From the NCBI GenBank assembly GCA_963676835.2, contig CAXXFF010000001.1, forward strand, positions 576,001 to 640,000: a stretch of 64,000 bases of DNA. Reading direction: 5' to 3'. The notes under the pieces were generated by a model. It was not told the DNA's origin, did not search any database, and was given only the letters and a program-made list of their open reading frames with translations. Positions 8,825 to 18,825 of this stretch are shown piece after piece. A program made the position numbers and the translations under genes. How positions within the stretch are numbered: position 1 is the first letter of the stretch; each line of letters starts with the position of its first letter. Source of the DNA: Marispirochaeta sp. (lineage in GTDB: Bacteria; Spirochaetota; Spirochaetia; JC444; Marispirochaetaceae).

Positions 8825-10047
8825 TCCCATACTCCGTTCTTGACATATTCAGTGCTTTTGCCGGCACCGCCCGCCCGCGCCTCCATGGGACGCAGATTAT
8901 TTTTAGCGGATTTAAATCCGTTCAGATTCATCATCAATCGCGCGACTGTAGCTTCATGGATATCCTGGGGAACCGTCTGCCCGTCGGTAAGAAATGCAAC
9001 AGGTTTATCATGCTCCGCCAGAACGCTCAAAACATTTCCAATCCTCAGGGTCTCATCCAGTTTGGTGAGAATAAGCGCCTCGTATCCGAAGGGGCCGAAT
9101 GTTTTAAACAGTTCACGAATATCAGAAATCTTCGTGGTTGAACTCAGGGTAAGAAATACTTCTGTATCCTCCCCGCAGGCATCAAGAAGCTTGCGCATTT
9201 CCGCCAGTTTCATGTAATCCCTGGGGCTTTTTCCGATGGTATCCACCAGAATAAGATCGGTACCCTGATAAAGGGCAAGCTGCTTTTTGAAATCATCATA
9301 GGACTCTACACTGGAAACAGGAATATTCATAATGCTTCCATAGGTATCAATCTGCTGTTTTGCCCCGATACGGTAATTATCTATGGTTATCATGCGAACA
9401 TCAACCGGAGGGCCGCCTTTATGACCCAGGCCGTAAATAGCTGCCAGCTTTGCGATTGTAGTTGTTTTCCCTACACCGGTGGGCCCGATAAGAATCATGA
9501 TCTTGGGCGTTTTCCGTGCCTCATAGACACGTATCTTTTCTCCGATCCACTGAAAAACCCTGGTTTCCACCAGTTCAGAGTGTTCCAGTTCTTCCAGGGA
9601 AAGTTCACGGCGCAGCCGGTCGGAAATACCCCGGATATAGGATGCACTGAATTCGTTATCCTCCAGGAGCTGCTCCATCTGGCGGATAGCCTGATTGGTA
9701 TCGTCATGAGCTTCCATGGCAGAACCATCAAGCCTCCCCTGAATGTCAGTAAGACGTTCCAGGACCTCTTTAAGAGTCTGGTCGTTCTCTGCCTTGTCTT
9801 TGGAGGAGTCTTTTATGGTATCAAGAATTTTACGCTTCTCTTCCTCATCATCCAGAATCTTCCTGGCTTTGGGTGCCTCTTTGGCAATATAGCCTGAGAC
9901 CTCTATTCCCTCCCGGGAAAACATGCCCATAAAGCCTCCCATACGAACATTCCGCTGGGTGAGAATCCTGGCGCGTTCACCATATTTTTCTCGTATTTTC
10001 TGTAGTACTTCCCTGTGGGATACTGCGCACTCAGTAAAATACTCCAT
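8821..10047 (-). CDS. flhF: SRP-family GTPase FlhF
   Basis: [35 protein letters not shown]. Confidence 0.95.
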   Translation of the reverse strand: MEYFTECAVSHREVLQKIREKYGERARILTQRNVRMGGFMGMFSREGIEVSGYIAKEAPKARKILDDEEEKRKILDTIKDSSKDKAENDQTLKEVLERLTDIQGRLDGSAMEAHDDTNQAIRQMEQLLEDNEFSASYIRGISDRLRRELSLEELEHSELVETRVFQWIGEKIRVYEARKTPKIMILIGPTGVGKTTTIAKLAAIYGLGHKGGPPVDVRMITIDNYRIGAKQQIDTYGSIMNIPVSSVESYDDFKKQLALYQGTDLILVDTIGKSPRDYMKLAEMRKLLDACGEDTEVFLTLSSTTKISDIRELFKTFGPFGYEALILTKLDETLRIGNVLSVLAEHDKPVAFLTDGQTVPQDIHEATVARLMMNLNGFKSAKNNLRPMEARAGGAGKSTEYVKNGVWE

Positions 10048-10080
10048 ATCCACTCCTCTTCTGTTTGCTGTTTAAAAACT

Positions 10081-12180
10081 TCATGCACTTTCCCGTTCTT
10101 CAAGGCTTATCTCGCCAAGAGGTTCTATTCCAATATCCGCAGGAACTTCCGGTACGGAGATAACTGAAACCTCAGGCATCTCCCGCAAAAGGCTCGCCCT
10201 AACCAGTGCCCGGGCTGCCTCAGAGCAGAGGATCAGCGGAAGATATCCCTGACTCTGTACCGCATGTACCGCATTGGCGACAGAATTGACCCAGCGGCGG
10301 TACAGACCCGGTTCGAGGGCTGCGGTAACGCCGGAAGCAGTCTCTGTACGACTGTCGATAATCTCACTCTCAATTACAGGGTTAATGGTGAGCACAAACA
10401 TCCTCCGCTCATCATTAACAAACTGCAGGCAGATCTGCCGGCCAAGAATCTGACGGGCCTTTTCCGTAAGAAAAGTGCTCTCTTTTGATATGGGAGCATA
10501 GTCCGCCAGGGTTTCCAGTATTGGTACCATATTCCGTATACTTACATTTTCTGCCAACAGAGACTGAAGAACCTTCTGGATCTCGCCCAGAGAGAGCAGC
10601 TTGGTAACCTCTTCCACAACGGCGGAGTAGTCCCGCTTGAGCTCGTCCAGTATCTTGCGCATCTCCTGCCGCCCGAGCATTTCCCAGGCATGTGACTTGA
10701 TAATCTCAGTCAGGTGGGTGGCTATAATACTTGGGCTGTCAACCACGGTATACCCGGCACGCTCGGCCTTGTCCCGCTGATCTTCGGATATCCAGAGTGC
10801 CGGCAGACCGAAAGCCGGATCCCGGGCTGCCTCCCCCTGAAGCTCAACCTCAACACCGCCGGGGTTGATTGCCAGGAACTGACCGGTTCTAATGTTAGCC
10901 CGGCCCACTTCTACGCCTTTTATCTTTATGCAGTACTCAGAAGGCTCCAGGCGCATATTGTCGATAATACGTATCCGGGGTACCGAAAGCCCAAGCTCAA
11001 GAGCAGTTTCCCGCCGTATTCTGGTTATTCTGTCCAGAAGCTCCGCACCCTGATCGCGGTCAACCAGCGGGATCAGGCCGTAGCCGAGCTCCAGGGAGAG
11101 GGGATCCACCGGCACAATGGGAGCAAACTCGGTGGGAGTTTCCGGGGCCTGTGCCTTTTCTGCTTCTTCCTCGGCCTTTTCCCGGAACTGCACCTCTTTA
11201 CGGGTAAGCCGGAAAGCAACAAATCCTGTAAGAAAACCCAGAGGCAGCATGATGTACCAGGGAAAGCCGGGAAGCAGCCCGAGAATAATAAGCGCAATAG
11301 CCGCAATCCAGTAGACCCTGGACTGCTGCGAAAACTGCCGGGAGATATCGGAGCCGAAGGTACCGTCGGAAATTGCCCGGGTAACAATCAGACCGGTGGC
11401 GGTTGATACCAGCAGTGCCGGAAACTGGCTCACCAGTCCGTCACCGATGGTGAGACTGACATAATTGCTCAGTGCGGCTCCGACGGGCTCACCGTGTATG
11501 GTCATTCCGACGATAAAACCGCCGATCATGTTTATCAGGGTAATGAGAATTCCAACCTTAACGTTTCCCGATACAAATTTGGTTGATCCATCCATGGCCC
11601 CGTAGAAATCTACCTCTTTCTGCAGATCATTCTTCTTTCTCTGGGCCTCTTCTTCCGTCAGGGAGCCTGAGTTGTACTCCGCTTCAATGGCCATCTGCTT
11701 ACCGGGGAGAGAGTCCAGGGTAAAGCGGGCGGCAACCTCGGCAACTCTGGTAGCACCTTTGGTTATAACAATGAACTGTACTGCAATTATAATTATGAAG
11801 ATAATCAGGCCGATAACCAGACCTTCACTTCCTTCCGAACCGACAACAAAGGTGGCAAATGCACGGACAATACGTCCGTCAAAGTTGATTCCCTGAGAAA
11901 GAATGAGCCTGGTGGAGGAAATATTCAGCCCCAACCCGAAAACCGTGGTTATCAGAAGCAGGGTTGGAAAAACTGAAAAATCCAGAGCCCTGTGGGTGTA
12001 GAGAACAATAAGAATAACCACCAGACTGAGCATTAAGTTCAGCGCCATCAACAGATCAAGAATTACCGTGGGCAGGGGGATGATAAGCATCATTACAAAA
12101 AAGAGAACGCCTACGGCAACAATAACATCACTACGGTTATGCAGAAAGGATGTGGAAAGTATCTTCTGTACATCCGACAT
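10081..12180 (-). CDS. flhA: Flagellar export protein FlhA
   Basis: RVAEVAARFTLDSLPGKQMAI, FYGAMDG..KFVSG. Confidence 0.97.
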   Translation of the reverse strand: MSDVQKILSTSFLHNRSDVIVAVGVLFFVMMLIIPLPTVILDLLMALNLMLSLVVILIVLYTHRALDFSVFPTLLLITTVFGLGLNISSTRLILSQGINFDGRIVRAFATFVVGSEGSEGLVIGLIIFIIIIAVQFIVITKGATRVAEVAARFTLDSLPGKQMAIEAEYNSGSLTEEEAQRKKNDLQKEVDFYGAMDGSTKFVSGNVKVGILITLINMIGGFIVGMTIHGEPVGAALSNYVSLTIGDGLVSQFPALLVSTATGLIVTRAISDGTFGSDISRQFSQQSRVYWIAAIALIILGLLPGFPWYIMLPLGFLTGFVAFRLTRKEVQFREKAEEEAEKAQAPETPTEFAPIVPVDPLSLELGYGLIPLVDRDQGAELLDRITRIRRETALELGLSVPRIRIIDNMRLEPSEYCIKIKGVEVGRANIRTGQFLAINPGGVEVELQGEAARDPAFGLPALWISEDQRDKAERAGYTVVDSPSIIATHLTEIIKSHAWEMLGRQEMRKILDELKRDYSAVVEEVTKLLSLGEIQKVLQSLLAENVSIRNMVPILETLADYAPISKESTFLTEKARQILGRQICLQFVNDERRMFVLTINPVIESEIIDSRTETASGVTAALEPGLYRRWVNSVANAVHAVQSQGYLPLILCSEAARALVRASLLREMPEVSVISVPEVPADIGIEPLGEISLEERESA

Positions 12181-13412
12181 CAGCCTACCTCCCTTTCTTT
12201 ACCGCCCATGTTATAGACCTGGGCGAGAATAATAGCGGTAACTTCATAATAATTTTCCGGTATTTCATCGCCCACTTCGACCTCAGCATAAAGTGCCCGG
12301 GCAAGAGGGCGGTTTTCCACCACGGGAACATCATTGTCAGCGGCGATTTCCCGGATACGCAGGGCAATATTATCCTGCCCCTTGGCGCTGACCGAAGGAG
12401 CATTCATGGTATCCCGCTTCCACTGCAGGGCCACCGCAAAGTGAGTCGGGTTGGTAATAACCACGTCTGCCTCAGGAACAGCCCTCATCATGTTCTGGGA
12501 AAGAATCTGATGCATCCGTTCTCGTAGTCGGCTTTTTACCAGCGGGTCTCCCTCGGTCATTTTTCTCTCTTCCTTGATTTCCTGCTTGGTCATCTTCAAT
12601 GATTCCATGTGCTGATGTCGCTGAAAAAGATAATCCGGAAAGGAGAGAACCAGCATAAACAGGGCCGCCTCAACCAGAATACGAAAAGCAACCAGGCTGA
12701 TAGTTCGAAGAGAAAGATAAAAAGGAACTTCGATAAACCTGAGAATAGAGTCCATTTCGCTGCGGATATTGATATAGGCTACGGTTCCTATAACCGCAAC
12801 CTTGAAGAGAGTCTTACCAAGATTGAAAAGAGCTTCAGTTGAAAAAATGGTGCGCTGCAGAAACTTCGGCAGATTAGGAACAATCTTGTTCAGGTCCGGA
12901 GTAATCGGTTTTGTAGAAAAAAGAAACCCTACCTGAAGCAGGTTTGCCATCAATGCAGAGACAAAGGCGATTCCCATAATGGGCAGGGTCATGCGCACCA
13001 TGTACTGAATAAATATCGGAAAAAGCCCGCCGTCGCCGGTTATTTCCCGCTCAATGGATATGGTGAAGAAAAAGCGTACCATCTCCACCATGGTTGAGAA
13101 GATATACCCTCCGAGACCGGCAAGAGCCAGAATCGGCAGAAGCAGAACGATGGCAGCGGAAAATTCGGCTGATTTTGCAACCTTGCCGTCTTCCCGTGCC
13201 TTACGGATTTTATGCTCCGTGGCATCTTCAGTACGGCCTTCGTCTTCGGCGGCAAACCAGTTGAGAGGAATGTTCCAGGGCTCGTAGGCCGGGAACTTTT
13301 CAGGGATAAAAGCCGCTGTACTGAAACGGATAGCAAGGCTTGCATATGCCCGCCTCAGAGGTACAGCAAAGTAAAATATAAGAGTCAGGGTTGTTACGAG
13401 GAGGATACTCAT
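12180..13412 (-). CDS. flhB: Flagellar export protein FlhB with N-terminal extension
   Basis: RTEDAT..K.RKAREDGKVAKS, NPTH autocleavage motif, KGQD, PLARALY. Confidence 0.95.
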   Translation of the reverse strand: MSILLVTTLTLIFYFAVPLRRAYASLAIRFSTAAFIPEKFPAYEPWNIPLNWFAAEDEGRTEDATEHKIRKAREDGKVAKSAEFSAAIVLLLPILALAGLGGYIFSTMVEMVRFFFTISIEREITGDGGLFPIFIQYMVRMTLPIMGIAFVSALMANLLQVGFLFSTKPITPDLNKIVPNLPKFLQRTIFSTEALFNLGKTLFKVAVIGTVAYINIRSEMDSILRFIEVPFYLSLRTISLVAFRILVEAALFMLVLSFPDYLFQRHQHMESLKMTKQEIKEERKMTEGDPLVKSRLRERMHQILSQNMMRAVPEADVVITNPTHFAVALQWKRDTMNAPSVSAKGQDNIALRIREIAADNDVPVVENRPLARALYAEVEVGDEIPENYYEVTAIILAQVYNMGGKEREVG

Positions 13413-14203
13413 ACTGCAGCCCCCGAACCGTTACGCATAAGTTCAAGAATTTCCATGTAGCCTGCGTCAAGGATACGGACAAACGCCATGGTTATTACCG
13501 GAAGGGTTATAAGGATGAGAATAAAAGCAACACCGATCCGGATGGGAAATCCCAGCATCAGCAGGTTCATCTGGGGAGCCGCCTTGGCAAGGAGTCCCAT
13601 GGAAACAGAAATAAGCAGCAGAGTCCCCATTACAGGAAAAGCCATAATCAGGGATTGGCCGAAGAGCTTCGCCATGCCCCGGATAAGCATGGACATGATG
13701 TACTCCTGCTGTAGAACTACATCAATAGCCCGAAATGCCTGAAATGATCTGTAAACACCTTTGAGAAAAAGATCCATAAACCCGCCGGAATTCAGGAAAG
13801 CAAACATTGCCAGGAGGTTTAAAAACTGTCCCATAAGAGGCAGCTCAATCTGAGCCAGGGGATCATATACAACCGAGGCGCCGAAGCCCATTTGAAAGGC
13901 ATAAAACTGACCGGAAACCAGCAGGGCTGAATATACCATGGTCATAAAAAACCCGATTAAAAGCCCGATAAACACCTCCCCGAGCATCAGCAGCAGATAC
14001 TGCAGGGCGTCTTCCGGAATGGGATACCCCCCTGAAAACACCATGGGGAAAACTGCCACTGCCGTGAACAACGCCAGCGCGGTTCGGGCAACCCGGGGAA
14101 TGGCAGAACTGGACAGCAGGGGCGCAATCTGAAAAACAGCAAAAATCCGTGCAAAAATGAGGAGAAATAGTTGTGTGTTTTCCAGAAATACGCCGAATTC
14201 CAT
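13409..14203 (-). CDS. fliR: Flagellar export protein FliR
   Basis: QMGFG, LLAKAAPQMNLLMLGFP; position in cluster. Confidence 0.95.
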   Translation of the reverse strand: MEFGVFLENTQLFLLIFARIFAVFQIAPLLSSSAIPRVARTALALFTAVAVFPMVFSGGYPIPEDALQYLLLMLGEVFIGLLIGFFMTMVYSALLVSGQFYAFQMGFGASVVYDPLAQIELPLMGQFLNLLAMFAFLNSGGFMDLFLKGVYRSFQAFRAIDVVLQQEYIMSMLIRGMAKLFGQSLIMAFPVMGTLLLISVSMGLLAKAAPQMNLLMLGFPIRIGVAFILILITLPVITMAFVRILDAGYMEILELMRNGSGAAV

Positions 14204-14209
14204 CTATGC

Positions 14210-14479
14210 CTACAAAACCATCTCCGGTATCCGCCGGATAATATCGATGGTGTATTCCCGCATATACCCGAAAAGAAGAGGACCGAAGAAAACAAGAGTA
14301 AGGAAGATAGCTACAATCTTGGGAACAAAGGTGAGAGTCTGTTCCTGAATAGAGGTAGTTGCCTGAAAGATAGATATAATGAGTCCAACCCCCATACCGA
14401 TAAGCAGCATAGGTGCGGATACAATGAGTACCTGAAAAACCGCGCTGCGCAGCAGTGCAATTGCGTATCCTATTGTCAT
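14210..14479 (-). CDS. fliQ: Flagellar export protein FliQ
   Basis: IFQATTSIQEQTLTFVPK. Confidence 0.97.
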   Translation of the reverse strand: MTIGYAIALLRSAVFQVLIVSAPMLLIGMGVGLIISIFQATTSIQEQTLTFVPKIVAIFLTLVFFGPLLFGYMREYTIDIIRRIPEMVL

Positions 14480-14549
14480 GTTCCCCTCCCCAAGAGAACG
14501 GCACTGTCAACACAGTACCTCATAAATATTACCAACCTGAAACTATATA

Positions 14550-15332
14550 TCAGGCAAAACTTGCCACTACCTGCTCCGTAATCAGCCCCCAGCCATCCAC
14601 AAGAACAAAGAGAATAAGCTTGAAGGGCATGGATATCATTACCGGTGGAAGCATAATCATTCCCATGGACATCAGGGTTGAAGCCACCACCATATCGATT
14701 ATTATAAAGGGTATAAAAAGCAGAATACCTATTTTAAAAGCCACAGTCAGTTCATGGAGTACAAAGGCCGGAACCAGCACATGGGTCGGCACTTCCGAGG
14801 CATTGGCCGGACGCGGCAGATCGGTCATGCTCATAAAAAGTTCGATGTTTTCATAATTGCCCTGCATCTGCCTGAACATGAACAGCCTCAAAGGGCTTTC
14901 CGCATTCTGATACATTTCCTGAAATCCGATAGTTCCTTCGGCAAAGGGGACAAAGCTCTCTTCGTATATATTTTCCAGGGTAGGCCACATTATAAATACC
15001 GTTAAAAACAGGGCTATTCCCATAAGTACCTGGTTCGGCGGCACCTGCTGAAGAGACAGACTCCTTTTTATAAAATCGAATACAATTGCAATTCTCAAGA
15101 ATGCGGTTGTTAAAATGATAATTGAAGGTGAAAGGGTAAGTACCGCAAGCAACAGCAGCAGCTGCAGGGAGAGGGCCACTTCCTGATTATCCACAGGATT
15201 CCGTATGGTGAGATCTACAAACGGAATATTAAGCCCGTCTGCGGGCACATTAACCTCTCCGGCGTCCTGTGCAAACAGACCTGCGCTACACGTCATTACA
15301 ATCAACAAAATGACGAGTACTTTTTTATTCAT
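14550..15332 (-). CDS. fliP: Flagellar export protein FliP
   Basis: QQVPPNQVL, MGMIMLPP.MISMPFKLILFVLVDGW. Confidence 0.97.
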   Translation of the reverse strand: MNKKVLVILLIVMTCSAGLFAQDAGEVNVPADGLNIPFVDLTIRNPVDNQEVALSLQLLLLLAVLTLSPSIIILTTAFLRIAIVFDFIKRSLSLQQVPPNQVLMGIALFLTVFIMWPTLENIYEESFVPFAEGTIGFQEMYQNAESPLRLFMFRQMQGNYENIELFMSMTDLPRPANASEVPTHVLVPAFVLHELTVAFKIGILLFIPFIIIDMVVASTLMSMGMIMLPPVMISMPFKLILFVLVDGWGLITEQVVASFA

Positions 15333-15343
15333 CCCCCCCCCCC
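15333..15343 (-). repeat. G11 homopolymer directly abutting the fliP ATG
   Basis: Plus strand has C11 at 15333-15343 followed by A7. Confidence 0.9.
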
Positions 15344-15385
15344 AAAAAAAGACTTGCCTAGAATATCACAGTCAGCAAATTCAGT

Positions 15386-15970
15386 CTAGAGATCTTTGAT
15401 CCTTGAGCCCTGGTTTTTCAGAAAGGCAGCACTGCTGGACACAGAGCTGTTATCTCCTTCCTTTCCACCGCTCAATAGCCCTCCAAGAAGAGTCCTGAAA
15501 TTCCGCCGCTGTGACGGCTCTTCCCGGGCAAGAAAAAGATCAATTTCATCGCGGCTTTCCTTGTCATCAATTTCGGCAATCAGATTAACACTGTTTTCTG
15601 CCGAACCGACGAGAATATACCGCTTCCCCAGGGACAACAGATGTACACCCCTGGTACTGGAGAGGGATTTTGTTGAGACAATTCGGATGAGATCGTTATC
15701 AGGCAGATTCCGGCCGGACATTCTCTTTAACAGATAAAAGAGTCCATAAATGGCCGCCACTACACCGCCTAAAACCAGAACCATGGAGACGAAACTCCAT
15801 ACAGACAGGCCTGAAACAGGTTCAGGTCCGGTCTGCCCGGCTTCAGCCTGAGGTGCATCAAAAATAATGTCTGCCTCAGTCTGCGGTGTAACGGTTTCTT
15901 CTGTTTCCTGTGCTGCAAGACTACCTACCAAAGCCGTCAGCAGCATTAGTACAAGAACCGTTTTTTTCAA
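15386..15970 (-). CDS. fliO: Flagellar protein FliO (FliZ)
   Basis: Signal peptide, TM helix, then SLSSTRGVHLLSLGKRYILVGSAENSVNLI; lies between fliY and fliP; TTG start preceded by G8. Confidence 0.85.
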   Translation of the reverse strand: MKKTVLVLMLLTALVGSLAAQETEETVTPQTEADIIFDAPQAEAGQTGPEPVSGLSVWSFVSMVLVLGGVVAAIYGLFYLLKRMSGRNLPDNDLIRIVSTKSLSSTRGVHLLSLGKRYILVGSAENSVNLIAEIDDKESRDEIDLFLAREEPSQRRNFRTLLGGLLSGGKEGDNSSVSSSAAFLKNQGSRIKDL

Positions 15971-16029
15971 TGTCCCCCCCCAGAGACGTTATGTATTAAG
16001 CCTACCAGCAAAAATGTGATTTGTCTACA

Positions 16030-17145
16030 TCATGTAAGGTCCGACATTCGTTCCATGGGCGATACAATCTCGGTAACACGGACACCGAAGTTCTCATCGA
16101 TGACCACAACCTCGCCCTTGGCGATGAGTTTATGGTTTACCAGGATATCGACCGGTTCACCTGCAAGTTTATCAAGCTCGATGATTGTACCTTCACCCAT
16201 ACCGAGTATTTCACGGATCAGCCGCTTGGTGCGTCCAAGTTCTACGGTCATCTCCATATAGACATCCATCAGAAGGCCTATATTTCCCTGATCACCTGCT
16301 GCAGCCTGGGGATAGAGATTGGGAAACTGAACAGACTGAACATTCGGGCTCATACCCATGCCCATTCCCATACCGCCACCCTGCATAGGGTTCTGGTATC
16401 CGCCACCGGCGGGTTGTCCCATCATTGCAGCCATCGGGTCCATTCCTCCTCCCATGTGTGGTGCCTGTGGCGGTGCCTGGGGCGCCGCCTGCTGAGCCGG
16501 AGGCTGAACCACCTCGTTGACTGCAGCAAGAGAAAAAATCTCCATTAACTGGGAAGGCTTCTCACCTTCAATAGTGACTGGATATGTGACTCTTACAAAA
16601 CCTTCAGCCGGCAGCGTGAGATTGGCCTTGAGGACCTTCTCGGTTTCTCCCGGAGATGTAAGCACTGTCTTGCCCACGGAATCACCGAGAAAAGTGGTAA
16701 TCGCCCCGGCAAGGGTATTTCCCGCCTCGGAGAGAGCAGAGAGAGCAGCATCATCAAGCTCAATCTCCTCCTGCCCCATCATCATCTGCGCCACCATTGT
16801 AGCCAGATTAGAGGGCATAATATACATATGTTCCCCGACAATACCTTCGGTGAAATCAATGCGGGTCACGACCATTTCATCCGGCGCAGTCTCAACAAAT
16901 CCGTCCCGATTGGTAAGCTCCACTTCGGGCTGACCGATTGTTACCGATTTTCCAACGATACCGGACAGATTGGAAGCCTGACTGGAAACTGCCCCCGACA
17001 GCTTGGAGGCAAACTCCATCTGCTGTTCCTGAGACAATCCACCCCCGGCGGACTGTCCACCGGAAGGTTCTCCACCAAAATCAAATCCGCCGCCGCCTGA
17101 CAGCAATGCATCTATTTCGTCTTGCGATAATGAACCATCACTCAT
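16030..17145 (-). CDS. fliY: Flagellar switch protein FliY (CheC-like domain plus FliN domain)
   Basis: LSQDEIDALL, ALSEAGN, C-terminal VELGRT...GEPVDILVN..IAKGEVVVIDENFGVR. Confidence 0.93.
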   Translation of the reverse strand: MSDGSLSQDEIDALLSGGGGFDFGGEPSGGQSAGGGLSQEQQMEFASKLSGAVSSQASNLSGIVGKSVTIGQPEVELTNRDGFVETAPDEMVVTRIDFTEGIVGEHMYIMPSNLATMVAQMMMGQEEIELDDAALSALSEAGNTLAGAITTFLGDSVGKTVLTSPGETEKVLKANLTLPAEGFVRVTYPVTIEGEKPSQLMEIFSLAAVNEVVQPPAQQAAPQAPPQAPHMGGGMDPMAAMMGQPAGGGYQNPMQGGGMGMGMGMSPNVQSVQFPNLYPQAAAGDQGNIGLLMDVYMEMTVELGRTKRLIREILGMGEGTIIELDKLAGEPVDILVNHKLIAKGEVVVIDENFGVRVTEIVSPMERMSDLT

Positions 17146-17147
17146 GA

Positions 17148-18173
17148 CTACTCTTCTCCTTCGACGGCAAGCTCTTCGAATTCTTCTTTTTCAACATCTT
17201 CGAGCTTCTGGGTTATCTGCACCGCCACCTTATTCCCAACAAGACCGGGCCTGCACATGAATTTTTGTCTGTTACCAATCTTGAGAACCATGGGGTCTCC
17301 GGTCCTGGTATCCTGCAGGCGGATCACATCACCGCCTCTCAGGGATAGTACATCTCTGACAGTAAGATTAATACTGCCGATCTCTGCAACGACATTCACC
17401 TGTACAGTGGAAAGCCGTTCCTTGATTATGTTTAAATTCTCCGTTGTGGCTCCGGAGCGTACTGTTGAATACATATACTGGGCGGAAAGCTTCGAAATAA
17501 TCGGTTCGATGGTCAGATAGGGAATACAGAAGTTCATCATTCCCTCTACTTCTCCGACTTTTGTTTCCAGCGTAACCAGAACGACCATTTCCGTTGGAGG
17601 AACAATCTGGGCAAACTGGGGATTGGTTTCAATCTGTCCCAGGCGGGGTCTCAGATCAATAACCTGGCTCCAGGCCTCCCGCAGGTTTCCCAGAATACGG
17701 ACAATGATTCCTTCCATTACCGATTGTTCGATATCCGAAAGATCCCGCTGAACCTTTGTTCCCTCTCCCTGACCTCCGAAAAGACGGTCAATAATGGAAA
17801 AGGTAATGGCAGGATCTATTTCCAGTACAGCGGACCCTTTGAGAGGATCCATATTTATAATTCCCAAGGTCGTTGGATTGGGGATAGAACGGATAAACTC
17901 TTCGTAGGTCAGCTGATCTACCGATGCAACATGGACATGAACCATACTGCGCAGCTGTGCCGAGAGAGCTGTTGTAGTAAGACGGGCAAAGGTCTCATGC
18001 ATGATTGAAACCGTACGGATCTGTTCTTTCGAGAACTTGTCCGGACGTTTAAAATCATAGATCTTGATCTTACGCTGATCAGTAGCCTGTGAGACCTCTT
18101 CGCTTTCGATATCCCCTGTTGAAATCGCCGTTAACAGCTGGTCAATTTCGTCCTGGGAAAGTACTTCGTTCAT
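17148..18173 (-). CDS. fliM: Flagellar switch protein FliM
   Basis: VLSQDEIDQLL, YDFKRPDKFSKEQ. Confidence 0.97.
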   Translation of the reverse strand: MNEVLSQDEIDQLLTAISTGDIESEEVSQATDQRKIKIYDFKRPDKFSKEQIRTVSIMHETFARLTTTALSAQLRSMVHVHVASVDQLTYEEFIRSIPNPTTLGIINMDPLKGSAVLEIDPAITFSIIDRLFGGQGEGTKVQRDLSDIEQSVMEGIIVRILGNLREAWSQVIDLRPRLGQIETNPQFAQIVPPTEMVVLVTLETKVGEVEGMMNFCIPYLTIEPIISKLSAQYMYSTVRSGATTENLNIIKERLSTVQVNVVAEIGSINLTVRDVLSLRGGDVIRLQDTRTGDPMVLKIGNRQKFMCRPGLVGNKVAVQITQKLEDVEKEEFEELAVEGEE

Positions 18174-18182
18174 CCCCTGTCC

Positions 18183-18737
18183 TTAGAAGTCAAGAATCTG
18201 CATATCCATAATTATAACCTGATCAATATTCGGTCCCGTCATGGAATCGTTGACCAGGGTTTTCAGTTCACCGGTTATCTGCGCCTCATGCCGCGGTGTA
18301 AGCTCAGCGGCGGTCTTTTTACTGAAGAACGAACGGATCCGTGCCTGAAGCGGCGCCTGCCGGTCATTCAGCTCGGTAAGGATGGTCTTGTTATCCTTCT
18401 CGTAACCGATCTTAACCTTTACGATAACAGTCAAAGGTTCAGCATCACTGGTCCGGGTTCTTATTTCTTCGATTCCGTCCCACCACTGCAGTATGGGTTC
18501 TTCACCTTCATATTCTTCAGAAATAGCCGGCAGCGCCTGCTGAGCGCTTCCCCTGTTCAGTATCTGCATGGTTATTACAACAACAGTTACTATAAAGATA
18601 ATCGCAGCCAGACCCATGGCGACCAGTTTGAGGATTTTGATAAGTATCTCAGGAAGAAAACCGCCGCGGCCTCCCCCGTCGGGTTCCGCACCGCCGGTGA
18701 CGTCGTCATCACCGAATACTACATCATCATCTGCCAT
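18183..18737 (-). CDS. fliL: Flagellar protein FliL
   Basis: Single TM helix and FliL-like C-domain; lies between motB and fliM. Confidence 0.85.
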   Translation of the reverse strand: MADDDVVFGDDDVTGGAEPDGGGRGGFLPEILIKILKLVAMGLAAIIFIVTVVVITMQILNRGSAQQALPAISEEYEGEEPILQWWDGIEEIRTRTSDAEPLTVIVKVKIGYEKDNKTILTELNDRQAPLQARIRSFFSKKTAAELTPRHEAQITGELKTLVNDSMTGPNIDQVIIMDMQILDF

Positions 18738-18825
18738 ACACATTATCTCCCGGACTGCCGGATTCTACCGGAACCGTCCAACAAAAAAATATCAAATATG
18801 GGTCCCTTGTGCAAACCCTCGAAAA

